Positions 11,251-21,396 of a DNA stretch of 64,000 nt are shown piece after piece (position 1 is the first letter of the stretch; every line of letters begins with the position of its first letter). The notes under the pieces were generated by a model that was given only the letters and a program-made list of their open reading frames with translations, ran no database searches and was not told the DNA's origin. The translations under genes and the position numbers were made by a program. Origin of the DNA: Dudresnaya verticillata (Eukaryota); the NCBI GenBank assembly GCA_977862235.1, contig OZ374562.1, forward strand, positions 1,798,001 through 1,862,000, given 5' to 3'.

Positions 11251-12213
11251 ATGGCAGCCGGAACGCGCTTCATTCCGGCTTCTGCGGAGCGACGCTCATT
11301 TTACAAACTCTGGCTAATAAGCATCGTTGCGGCGCTACTTTTCATCGCTTATCGCCTCGACAGCAGTGGGACGGCGTCAAGCAGCAGTCAATTCCCATCA
11401 TCGAGAGAAGAAAGTTCTGGAAGAGATGTTTTGGGCAATCGCTATGGCTGGAATACAAGGAACATCCCAAAGTACTGTCGAGAAATTATCAACAATCCAC
11501 TTGCCTACGATCACGACTGCGGATTTAATAAGGACGTGAAACGATGTTCAAACGGGACAGCAACAATGTTTGGAGAGCACCGACAGGACTGGTACCTATA
11601 CACAAAACATTTCAGGCACCTTAAACGCAAAGGAATCTACATGGATGTTGCCGCGAATGACCCCGTGTACTTTTCGAATACTTTCTTTCTTGACGAGTGT
11701 CTCGGATGGAGCGGACTGTGCGTCGACGGAAACCCACGCTATGTCAACATGTTGTACTTATACCGCACATGTGCTGTGGTGCCCACATGCGTCTCAGCGA
11801 CTCCTGGTGAGAAGGTCAATTTTGCGCTACAGCACGGGTGGGGGGGAATCGTGGACACAAACAAAAACACAGACCTGTGGACGGGCAAGCAAGTGAAGAC
11901 AATGAAACTAGATTGCGCGACGATGGGCTATGCTATGGAGCGAGTAGGCTTGACGGTTGTGGATTATCTCAATTTAGATGTAGAAGGGCATGAGTTGCGG
12001 GTGTTGATGGGGTTTGACTGGGACAAGATCACGGTAAAAGTGATGACTGTTGAGACAACCGAGGAGACTCTTCCTGAAATCGAATCTTTCCTCGCAAGAA
12101 GAGGATACAAGCGTCACGTTATTGAGGATGGGATGTCTGGAAAGCGGAAAGGGTTGTTACATGATGATGCCATCTTCCTTCACCGGAGTGTTACGCTCGG
12201 CAGACCGGAATGA
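11251..12213 (+). CDS. FkbM-family (Methyltransf_21) SAM-dependent methyltransferase with N-terminal signal anchor
   Basis: LWLISIVAALLFIAY anchor; GIYMDVAANDPVYFSNTFFLDECLGWSGLCVDGNP; VDYLNLDVEGHELRVLMGFDW. First ATG at 11251. Confidence 0.88.
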   Translation: MAAGTRFIPASAERRSFYKLWLISIVAALLFIAYRLDSSGTASSSSQFPSSREESSGRDVLGNRYGWNTRNIPKYCREIINNPLAYDHDCGFNKDVKRCSNGTATMFGEHRQDWYLYTKHFRHLKRKGIYMDVAANDPVYFSNTFFLDECLGWSGLCVDGNPRYVNMLYLYRTCAVVPTCVSATPGEKVNFALQHGWGGIVDTNKNTDLWTGKQVKTMKLDCATMGYAMERVGLTVVDYLNLDVEGHELRVLMGFDWDKITVKVMTVETTEETLPEIESFLARRGYKRHVIEDGMSGKRKGLLHDDAIFLHRSVTLGRPE

Positions 12214-13350
12214 CAATTGATGGGTTTCACTTGTTCTATTGCTGGTCTATTGCACATGCCCGCTGGCTCATGGGTTAGGAAGACTCAGCCCTGCGAACTG
12301 TCCCAAGCTGCTAAACAGCTGACCTGGGCGGCAGCGCGACGCGCCTCCCTGTTCCTCTCCTCAAACGAGCTGTTTCGGTGATAATTAGGGATTTTATGAG
12401 CATGTAGGTGGGCTGCCATGGATAAGCACAACTGGGTACAAACGCAAGTGAGCAAAGAAAGTTGAACCAATGCCCTTGCGATAGCAAGTCGTGATGAGAG
12501 TCTCCCTGCAGGCATGGGAAGTAATGGGAGTTGGTATGCCTCTGGCCGTCGGCGAGAATATGCAGTGTGGATAGGTAGTGGTACAGTATTACAGAGCCCG
12601 AAATTTAAATAAATACGCCACCGTCAATGGTAAATACGGCTTCCTAACCAGCAATATGGACGACAGCAACGCTCCTACTGTACTGCTCTTTTACAGTGGC
12701 GCTAATAAATATAAGGACAAGCGCGTTTATCCCTGTAGCGCAAACACGATTCGTCCAATCGTAAACAGTTATGTGTTTCGGCCATCCCTGAGTGGGCTGT
12801 GCGCCACGGCACCCCGTGTAGGGTGTGTGCATCATAACAAATTAAACCCAATTCCAACCAATGAGAGGCAACCCTACCCAGTCTGACGCACACTTGTAAC
12901 AATATCATGCATCCGCCCTCAATCACAGCACTAGCCAGTAGCAGCGTTCGTTTCACAGTCTAAGGACACGTGTCGGAAGGACAGCCGCTCCCGTGACGCT
13001 GTTGACACCAGTTATAATATAATGTGGGATTATTGCTCAGGGCGACCCCTGGGGGGAATAAGCCCCTGACATCCTTTCACGGCAGGCCTGGCACGGTGCA
13101 GTCAAGGTTCCTTTAAACAACCTCTGCAAGAAATATGAATGGCCAGAGCTTTTAGGCACTATCCTGCGCCGTGTCTGCGGTACTCTAAGGACCAATAAAA
13201 TAAATTACTCCTCCGCACTGCTCAGTGGCGACACGAACCTAATTGACAACCCCCCTGAAGGGGTTTCTGGGATAGCCGAACAGGTTGCTCGTCTTCATGG
13301 GTGAAATGCTCGACCAGGGGAATGCAACCCAGCAGCAAATAGCATTGCCT

Positions 13351-13795
13351 TGTGGCAGAACCGGCGCGGCTGTAAGCAAAAACGGGAAAAATACACACGA
13401 TGCGTACAGCGGTTGACGGTAAATAAAGAAATGTCAAGTAGTGGCTTTGGGGTGGTGGTTTGAGTTGATAATGTGTGTCCTTTCCTCGCCGAGTTGGCCG
13501 GCGAGGGAGGCCCTTTATACTCTGCCGGAGCGCTTGCTAGCCAAGACTCCGGCAGGTAAAACCGTAATCTTAGAGCTAGTTTTGCAGCGTTAGTCTACTA
13601 AATAAAAGACTAACTCTATCTTCAGAAAAAGACTAGCTCTAGTCTCTAAATGTACGACCTATCCACTATAAAATAGTTTACTGTAGCAAAAGTAAATAAA
13701 GACTAAGTAGATTTATTGCGACGTAGATAAACCTGTGTCGCATCTAAGCGCCAATCTGGCACCCTCAGCAGTCAGTCTGCTTCAGTCTTTCCACA
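13351..13795 (-). repeat. 3' LTR of the Copia element
   Basis: Direct repeat of 19637-20081; no difference found by eye. Confidence 0.95.
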
Positions 13796-13838
13796 GTCCC
13801 GTCTCTTTCGCTTAATCCTTCTTGGTCACTTTTGCATA

Positions 13839-16800
13839 CTAAGACATTTTTAGTGAAGTATTCCAGTCTCGAACAACCCATTGTTCGATAGGATGGTCGT
13901 ATTTTCCCTTTGAAACAATGTCATGGAGCGCATCATTTGCTCCTTCTTTTGTAAACGAATCAGCAGGGTTATGCTGAGAACGAATGAAACCAACATCAGA
14001 TATCTCTTTTGCATCATAAGCATTCCGAACCGCTGTGATGTCTATCATTAGCCTTTTCTCAGTAGTGGAAGACGCTTTCGTGATTACGTCAAACAAGCTA
14101 CGAGAATCCGTGAAGATCTTGAGTGGGATTCTTTTCTTCAGAACGCGTTCAAGGTCGTGCTTCAGGGTGAAAGAGAAATCAAAAGCATCAGCGAAGGCAT
14201 ATACTTCCCCACCAAGTACAGACCGAACGACGCGTCTGCTCTTGTGGCTGGAGTAGTGAATTATGCTGCATTTGCCCGAATCATCTGCTAGTAGGACGAT
14301 GTAGCCTAGCTGAGAGGTCTGTTCTTCGTTATTAGCAAATGACGAGTCAGCGTACACCTTGAGATGTAACGTGCGGAAGTCCAACTTTTGATACTGTAGG
14401 CATCTCTTCGGATCCTTCTGAATCTTCTTAACGACCTTGTTCAATTTCTTAATTTGTCCGATGTCGAACTTTGCTGCTGTTACTTGCGCTAATTTGTTCA
14501 CCATAAAACATATGTCAGGTCTAGTGTGAGTAACCCATGCCAATTTAGCACGACTGGACCTGAAATCAGAGTAACTACAATCTAACGGGAGGATAGAAAG
14601 CTTCCTTATGTAGTCTTCTTGTCCAAGCTGAAATCCATTTGGAGAGTTCTTGACTGCCACTCCTGCGAACACAAAATCATCGAACTCTCTTTCTCTTGAT
14701 TCGAACTTTTCTAAAGACTTGTCGGAAAGTTTCAGAAACTTTTCGTTACCACAGTGTAACGAATCATCTACATAGGAACCCGTCATTCCTGCGAGTTTTC
14801 CGTCGATGTACCTGAAAAACAAGGAAACATCACTGACAGTCCGCTGCATGTACAGGTCCTTTGTAAGATGCAGTAGCATGGTCTGGTTCCAGTAATCTCC
14901 AGAATCTGGTAGACCATATAATGGTTTGAGAAGCTCTAACAACTGGTTGGGTGCTAGCTCGAACTCCTTTGAGGGCTTCAAATAGACCTTTCTCAAAAGT
15001 TGTTCTGAGCTCTGCAAGTAAGCTTGTTTAACATCATGACTCCAGACGCGGAAGCCATACATAGAAGCTATTGCCATCATCAGTCGCGTAGAACTCTGTC
15101 TCACGTTGGTAGAATTGTGGATCAAGAAGTTCTTCTCCTTATCCTTATGTCCTTGGACCACATATCTTGCTTTAAAAATCTCTTCGTTAGTATTGGCATT
15201 CTTGATAGCCAAAACAAATCTACCATTCAATATTTTTGCGTTATTGGGGACGTCTTCTCTCAGTACTAATTTCCAAGTACCCTTCTCAATGAGACCTTTA
15301 ATCTCTTTCTTCTTAGCTTCCAAGAACTCTGGAGAGCCTCCTCTAGGGTCTCTGGGATGTAGAACTTCAGTGACATACACTTTAGCTGGTTCATGTTCTC
15401 TGCCTTTGCAGGAAACGAAAGGCCTTACCATTGAGTGTAGTACGTCCACAAAGTTTTCGCCGACTTCCTCCTCTTGAAGGAACGGCTTGACTTGGGCTAC
15501 TGAGTGCTGAGCCTCAGTACCATCTCGATCTATGAACACTTGCTTCCCTTCTAATCTCTTGATCTTGAACGGCCCAGTCCATTTGATCGGTTTCTCATCT
15601 TCTCGATACACTAAAACTTCCTGTCCAACTTCCAGCTCATGAGAAGCAGCTTGCGGAAGCCTCGATTCTAATGCCTTCCGTAAACGGAGTTCGTTAGAAA
15701 TAATTTCCATCTCAAGTCTAGCAAGCAAGAGTGCCTGCATTCTTTCTTGCTGATCAGGTAAGGACTGAGATGCTCCAGGAAACCTTGGTAGAACACCGAA
15801 GACGAGGAGGGAAGGAACGAGCCCCTCAGGGTTCATAGTATCATTTATTGCCTTGACAGCTAATCTAAGAGCCATCATGACATCAATATTTGGCTGAGAA
15901 TGTCGGATTTTGTGATAAATCCTTCTCAATGGTGCGTGATACCTTTCACCAGCACCTAAGGAATTATGGCTTTCTACGGCGGTAAGTGTAAACGCAATAC
16001 CGTGGGCGTCCATAATTTCTTTCCACTTTGGTGAAGTAAATATGCTTCCTTGGTCTGTCTTAATAGAGTCTGGGAAACCAGTGTATACGGTAGCCCAGCA
16101 TTCCAAAAATGCATACCAAGTAGCCTGTATCGATTGACCAGCCAAAAATGTTGCTGCACTAAAATGCGTTTGCAAGTCCACGACATGTAGTACTGCCATT
16201 CCGTCAAGAAACATTAAATCCAACGCGAGCTCTTGGTTAAATACGATTCCCTTTGGAAATGAAACCTTGAAACTCTGTTGTCGTGGAGTGAATCTTTGAC
16301 AAGTTTGGCATGCTCTAGTAATTTCGTTTAGAAGCTTCTTCGTGTCGTGGTCAACCTCTTCAGGTTTAGCTCTTTTGAGCAGAGCGTAAAGCTTCTGTAC
16401 AGTAGGATGATAGAAGTGTAGATGGAGTTTCTTCAGCTCTGCTTTGGTAAAGTTGACGGCGTAGTCCGTCCAATCGATATAAAGATGACCGAACTTGCGA
16501 ACGATTGGCATATGCCATCCTAGTTTGCAGACCAGCTGATTGTCAACGTTGTCCGCGAATATTTTCTCTCTATCTAGAAAATCTAGACCAAGTAAGAATG
16601 GAATATTCACATCAATAACGTCAACGTTCAACCTCAGAACTCTTCCATCGGGCGTACAAATTCTAACTGGGATTGAACCTATAGCAGAAAATGTTCCCTT
16701 GCCAAGACGGTACCTTAGCGGAGAAGATTTATGCTTGAATTGGACTCCAACCTTCTTGCAATATGCTTTTGCCTGTTGCTTTCCAATTACACTGCGTTGA

Positions 16801-17078
16801 GCTCCAGTGTCTATGCAAGCCCCGTGGAAGTCATTTGAGCTACTGTCCAACTTAATGTCTTCTATACCGGTGTTGAGAATTTGCATGTAGGGTCTATTTC
16901 TACTTTTTGGATTTTTCTGTTTTCTACTTTTTGGCTTTTTCCTTTTTTTGAACGCACTAAACAGAATCGGATTTTTCATGCCAGATAGTAAATTAGGCGG
17001 AGCGTTCGGGCTCGTGTCAATTTGCTCTGACTCTGGCAAATCAGGATGACATTGGCGAGTACTCCGTTCTAAAAATCC
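13839..17078 (-). CDS. pol: Copia Pol (protease, integrase, reverse transcriptase, RNase H), probably reached by -1 frameshift from gag
   Basis: IDTGAQRSVIG; HLHFYHP...CQTC; LALD, TDQGSIF, ERYH; KARYVVQGH, DVKQAYLQS, LLKPLYGL, YVDD; YADSSF, TDSRSL, NPADSFTK. The frame is open back to the GGATTTT site. Confidence 0.95.
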   Translation of the reverse strand, partial: GFLERSTRQCHPDLPESEQIDTSPNAPPNLLSGMKNPILFSAFKKRKKPKSRKQKNPKSRNRPYMQILNTGIEDIKLDSSSNDFHGACIDTGAQRSVIGKQQAKAYCKKVGVQFKHKSSPLRYRLGKGTFSAIGSIPVRICTPDGRVLRLNVDVIDVNIPFLLGLDFLDREKIFADNVDNQLVCKLGWHMPIVRKFGHLYIDWTDYAVNFTKAELKKLHLHFYHPTVQKLYALLKRAKPEEVDHDTKKLLNEITRACQTCQRFTPRQQSFKVSFPKGIVFNQELALDLMFLDGMAVLHVVDLQTHFSAATFLAGQSIQATWYAFLECWATVYTGFPDSIKTDQGSIFTSPKWKEIMDAHGIAFTLTAVESHNSLGAGERYHAPLRRIYHKIRHSQPNIDVMMALRLAVKAINDTMNPEGLVPSLLVFGVLPRFPGASQSLPDQQERMQALLLARLEMEIISNELRLRKALESRLPQAASHELEVGQEVLVYREDEKPIKWTGPFKIKRLEGKQVFIDRDGTEAQHSVAQVKPFLQEEEVGENFVDVLHSMVRPFVSCKGREHEPAKVYVTEVLHPRDPRGGSPEFLEAKKKEIKGLIEKGTWKLVLREDVPNNAKILNGRFVLAIKNANTNEEIFKARYVVQGHKDKEKNFLIHNSTNVRQSSTRLMMAIASMYGFRVWSHDVKQAYLQSSEQLLRKVYLKPSKEFELAPNQLLELLKPLYGLPDSGDYWNQTMLLHLTKDLYMQRTVSDVSLFFRYIDGKLAGMTGSYVDDSLHCGNEKFLKLSDKSLEKFESREREFDDFVFAGVAVKNSPNGFQLGQEDYIRKLSILPLDCSYSDFRSSRAKLAWVTHTRPDICFMVNKLAQVTAAKFDIGQIKKLNKVVKKIQKDPKRCLQYQKLDFRTLHLKVYADSSFANNEEQTSQLGYIVLLADDSGKCSIIHYSSHKSRRVVRSVLGGEVYAFADAFDFSFTLKHDLERVLKKRIPLKIFTDSRSLFDVITKASSTTEKRLMIDITAVRNAYDAKEISDVGFIRSQHNPADSFTKEGANDALHDIVSKGKYDHPIEQWVVRDWNTSLKMS

Positions 17079-18780
17079 AACCCATTGGGAATGGAGCTCT
17101 CAATGGACTGATAGAACTGTTCGATAGAGTCTTCTTTTTCTTCTTCGTCTTCCGACTCTCTTTCATATTCCGAATCTCGGTCTTGAATCTCCTCTTCTAC
17201 TTCTTCACTGACGTTGAAGAATGTGTCGGCATCCTCAATCTCAGGCTCAGGTTTCAGTTGTTCGCAAACTTCAAACAAAACTCGCTTCAAAGCTTTGTTC
17301 TGATTATTTCCGAACTTCTTCCTCTGATAAAACTGAACTTTTCGTGCGGCAATTGCTGCTGCGTCCATGACTTCCTTACAATCTCTAATCATGTGGTTCT
17401 TTCCGCAATTGAAACACACGATATTGCTTGATTGGGTAGAGCACACGATATTGCTTGATTGGGCAGAGACCGGCTTACTATTACCTCTGGCAAAAGCCAC
17501 AGTCTTGTCTCTTCCGTAACTAGCAAGTAGAGTGTTAGGAAAGTCAGGCTGCGAAGCCCCGATAAAACGGCTGCGGGGATTCATCTGAGCCCTATGAGAT
17601 TTCTCCTCTCTGTTCTGCTGAATAGCCGATTCGAGTTGAGAGAAGAACTCTTGGTAAGTCAGCCTTTCAGCTGAAGCACGGCTGATTGGTTCCTTAGCCC
17701 ACGAGTGTCCAATGACTGCTCGACGAAGGTAGACGACCATGTTAGCTTCAGCACGACAGTGCATTGGGCCTTGTGGAGCGAGCGTTGAGATCTGCTCATC
17801 GACTTTCTCCAATGCATCACTGAGGTTAACTGTCCCTGAAAGGAACTTCTCGATGCGGAGCATATTGAGATGATTCTCGATACGATGCTGTCGAGAGATG
17901 GAGTTGAAATACGCTTCCATCATATCATCTGCAGCTGTGAAGGAGTGAGCTGAGTGCTTAACTTTGCGGTTAAAGTACCTTTTAGCACTAGCCTTAAGGA
18001 TATTGGGAAGATACTGCAGCTTCTGTTTTCGGTCAACTCGTAGTCAGTAGCGGCATCAACGTAGTCCTCCAAGTATTCCTTCCAGCATTCTCCTAAAGCA
18101 CCAGAGAACTTCTTGGAATCATCCTTGAAGCGAACGGCCATGTTGTGAGCCGGTGACCGAGCACCTATAGTAGCACCAGATGGCTGATCCGAGTCTTCGT
18201 TACCATCCTCAGTTTTTAGTGCTAGGTGTCGTTCCGGGCGTTCAGATTTACTGCCATGACTTCTGGGAACAGAGTCGCGAGATGACGAACCGATACTCGA
18301 ATCAGATCTGTTGATACTACCGAGAGACAAAACCATGCTCCTGATATGACGGTATGCTGAAGCAAGATAGGGGCCTTCATAGATTGATACAGCTAACCGG
18401 TTGAGAACATATCCCGACTCATGTGGAGCATACGGTACACCAACCTTACTTGGTAAGAATAGGGCAAGTCTTCTCATCAAAGCAAAATTACATGCAATAG
18501 CAACATCGAATAGTAAAGAAGGTGGATAGTCTTCCCGAAGCATGTCAAGGAAGTCTGAACCAGTCACATTGCATTCCTGATACGTGCGGATGACATCAAC
18601 AAAAGTCTTCTGTGCAACGGTGTGAAGGCGGATATTTTCTGCAAACGGTACGGTAGTATGCCAGGAAGATGCCTCTGAGTCGGTTTCCTCCAACTCGTTT
18701 GTGGAGCTGACGGGAGCACCTTGGTTACCGTGGGCGGGTAGCCCTTGAGGTGGCACGGTGGTATCCTCAGAGTCCGCCAT
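17069..18780 (-). CDS. gag: Copia Gag, split by one 1-nt frameshift near 18028
   Basis: Two ORFs (17920-18798, 17069-17923). Adding one A to GAAAA gives ...DYELTEKQKLQYLPNILKASAKRYF..., continuous into the second ORF. Zinc knuckle CFNCGKNHMIRDC. Confidence 0.85.
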
Positions 18781-18870
18781 TACAGGTCGGGTTTGCACGT
18801 GTACGATGTTTCGAAACTTTTGTTAAGTTGAGACAATTCTTTTGAAAGCAACAAATTTTATCAAAAGAAT

Positions 18871-19607
18871 CTAGAGTTTCGAAATTACGTCGAGGTGGCC
18901 CTTACTGTTCAAGTGGCGGGACAGGTGTCCGTGAGACTCGAATGTGCGGTGGCACGGCTTACAGCGCGGTAGCTCGCGCCGATTATCGCGTGCTTGAATA
19001 TGGGCACGTGACTCGATATGGTCGCGCCACGGTTTCGGCCCGTTGCAAGAAATCTTGCACAGCTTGCAGAAACGCTTCGCGCGCGGTGCCCGACGCGTTT
19101 TCTTGGCGGCCTTATTTATCTTGTCGGCCAGGACTTTCGCCTTGCGCCGGTTCAACCGCTGTAGCTGTGCGGGACGCGGCGCGGCGACGGTGGGCTTGCG
19201 CGGCACAGGCGGTAGTGCGTGCGACGAAGGCGGCGGCGTCGGGGACGTAGATAGCCCCTTAGATACGGCGTTGGCCCGTATAGTGCGCACGGCGGCACTT
19301 TTAATTTCGTTGCACTCCGGGACTGTAACGGTAGCACTTACAGTAGCAACGGGGGCCCGTAGATTGGCCGCGCCGCCGGAGGCAACGATGCCCGCCGCCA
19401 AGACAGGTGTCGAGGCGGCTGTGGTCGGAACTGTTGCAAGCTAATTTACGATTGGTTCAAAAATAAATGGCAAATCGTCAGTGACTTAATTTGGGATTAT
19501 AGCACTTGAGGCACACCAAATCGAGCAAAGAGAATTTACCACTTGCAAGAGCAAAGACCCAGGCAAAATTAAATGAAAAACTTACTTAGGACGCTTCGTA
19601 GCGGCAT
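18871..19607 (-). CDS. Accessory ORF inside the Copia: two U1/matrin/JAZ-type C2H2 zinc fingers; predicted exons 19586-19607 and 18871-19430
   Basis: CKLC-x12-H-x5-H and CKPC-x12-H-x5-H after a basic tract. ATG at 19607, GTAAGT donor at 19585, CTGAC branch about 19480, CAG acceptor at 19431 keeps the frame. Confidence 0.8.
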
Positions 19608-19636
19608 AACGGCGGCGGTAGAGCGTAATTGATCAA

Positions 19637-20081
19637 TGTGGCAGAACCGGCGCGGCTGTAAGCAAAAACGGGAAAAATACACACGATGCGTACAGCGGTT
19701 GACGGTAAATAAAGAAATGTCAAGTAGTGGCTTTGGGGTGGTGGTTTGAGTTGATAATGTGTGTCCTTTCCTCGCCGAGTTGGCCGGCGAGGGAGGCCCT
19801 TTATACTCTGCCGGAGCGCTTGCTAGCCAAGACTCCGGCAGGTAAAACCGTAATCTTAGAGCTAGTTTTGCAGCGTTAGTCTACTAAATAAAAGACTAAC
19901 TCTATCTTCAGAAAAAGACTAGCTCTAGTCTCTAAATGTACGACCTATCCACTATAAAATAGTTTACTGTAGCAAAAGTAAATAAAGACTAAGTAGATTT
20001 ATTGCGACGTAGATAAACCTGTGTCGCATCTAAGCGCCAATCTGGCACCCTCAGCAGTCAGTCTGCTTCAGTCTTTCCACA
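19637..20081 (-). repeat. 5' LTR of the Copia element
   Basis: Direct repeat of 13351-13795. Confidence 0.95.
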
Positions 20082-20796
20082 GCCTAGCACAAAATCTGTG
20101 GGCCTGTTGATTGTTTGCAAGTGTAATTGAATGTGTTATAATACTTCTTCTCGTTCTGATGCCGTAGTGTGGTACAATGAGCCGCCAGCGGCTGTAAGCA
20201 CGTACACGTGTTTTGCGCCTGTAATGCGCGGGTAATATTGCGCGTGGCATGCGCCTGTAAGGCGCCACCCGTACTGCCGCCCTGTAAGGCTCAGTGCATT
20301 GCTGGCCACTCCATATGGCATTGCTGGGAACAGCACGGCGCCAATGAGATGGCTAGCCGTGATTGGCTGATTTACCATGGCCTTACGCGCAGGAGCGCGC
20401 CCGAGTCATAAGCACCTTACGTGCGCAGGGCGGAGTACGACCGGTCACTACCTCATTGTAATTATTAACGCTAACTTCAATAGCTTAGAATAGGAATAGC
20501 GGCGAAGGCGCTTTCGGCCTTCGCCATATTTATTGCGCCCCTGACTAGCAGGGGTCTGCTGACTAGAACCCTACGGTGGGTTTCGGGTCTGTACCCTTTC
20601 TTTGGTCTACACGGGCTCACCGTACTCCCCCTTCCAGGTGCTTTACAAGCTTTAGCCTCGTACGGCTTTGTACTCTACGAGTGTTAGGGTGGCGCCGCCC
20701 CTTTTTCCCTTACTTTTAGGCACGCTAGCCTTTTTCTCCTTTTCCCTCAAAGTCTCTACCAACTCCCCATTGAGCTACCCTCGTTAGGGTGTGTGC

Positions 20797-21395
20797 TGTG
20801 GCACAACGGCGATTTGCGCCAAGTGGGCGCTCGACGCTGTAAGTCATAACGGGCCAATGCCCTGTAAGGCGCTGTCATTGCTGGACTGCGCCATGATGCG
20901 ACACGTGATTGGCGCCTGGCGCGAAATCATCTGCGCCTCAGACGAGCAATTGGCGCCTGTTCATTGGTGTGGCGTTGGGATATTTCCCGATTATACGCCG
21001 CCACAGGGACATAGATCCGCCTCCCATTGCTCAATGTAATTCGTGTACAGTACACTGTAGTAGTTAGTATTAGCACGGACACAAGCCCTATTTATTGGTC
21101 CCCTGAATAGCAGGGCACCCCTGATTGAACCCTACGGGGCGTTTCTCGGTCTTGACCGTTTTCTGGATTCCGGGCGCTTCCCGTTCCCTTTTTGGACGCC
21201 AACTACAGGCTCGTCACCGTACGGCAGGTTCCCTGCGGAATACCGGGTCGCGTCCCCCTTTTCCTTTTCCTTTTTCCTGGCCTAGCGCCATTCTACCAAG
21301 CCTCTACCACACCCGAGCTACCTGTGAGCACAACGGTTCCGGACAGGTGTCCTTTGTTCTTTTTGCTCTTCCTGGGCTGGAACTGTTGTGCTACA
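20797..21395 (+). repeat. 5' LTR of Gypsy-1
   Basis: TG...CA; direct repeat of 32861-33459. Confidence 0.95.
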
Positions 21396-21396
21396 T

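Larger units (their letters stand above)
13351..20081 (-). mobile_element. Full-length Ty1/Copia LTR retrotransposon (GalEa-like), very recent insertion
   Basis: Two 445-bp LTRs (TGTGG...CCACA), apparently identical; TSD GCCT (13347-13350 / 20082-20085); purine tract next to the 3' LTR (about 13796-13810); PR-INT-RT-RH order. Confidence 0.96.

Noticed and set aside
17920..17923. ATGA stop/start overlap here and at 25841-25844, suggesting termination-reinitiation
   Set aside because: Gag-like sequence in the downstream frame begins about 100 nt before the ATG. ATGA is simply a likely first stop after a frameshift.
20490..20630. Hammerhead ribozyme or tRNA-like RNA in LTR-B hairpins
   Set aside because: No complete CUGAnGA / stem II / GAAA core could be built on either strand, and there is no cloverleaf.
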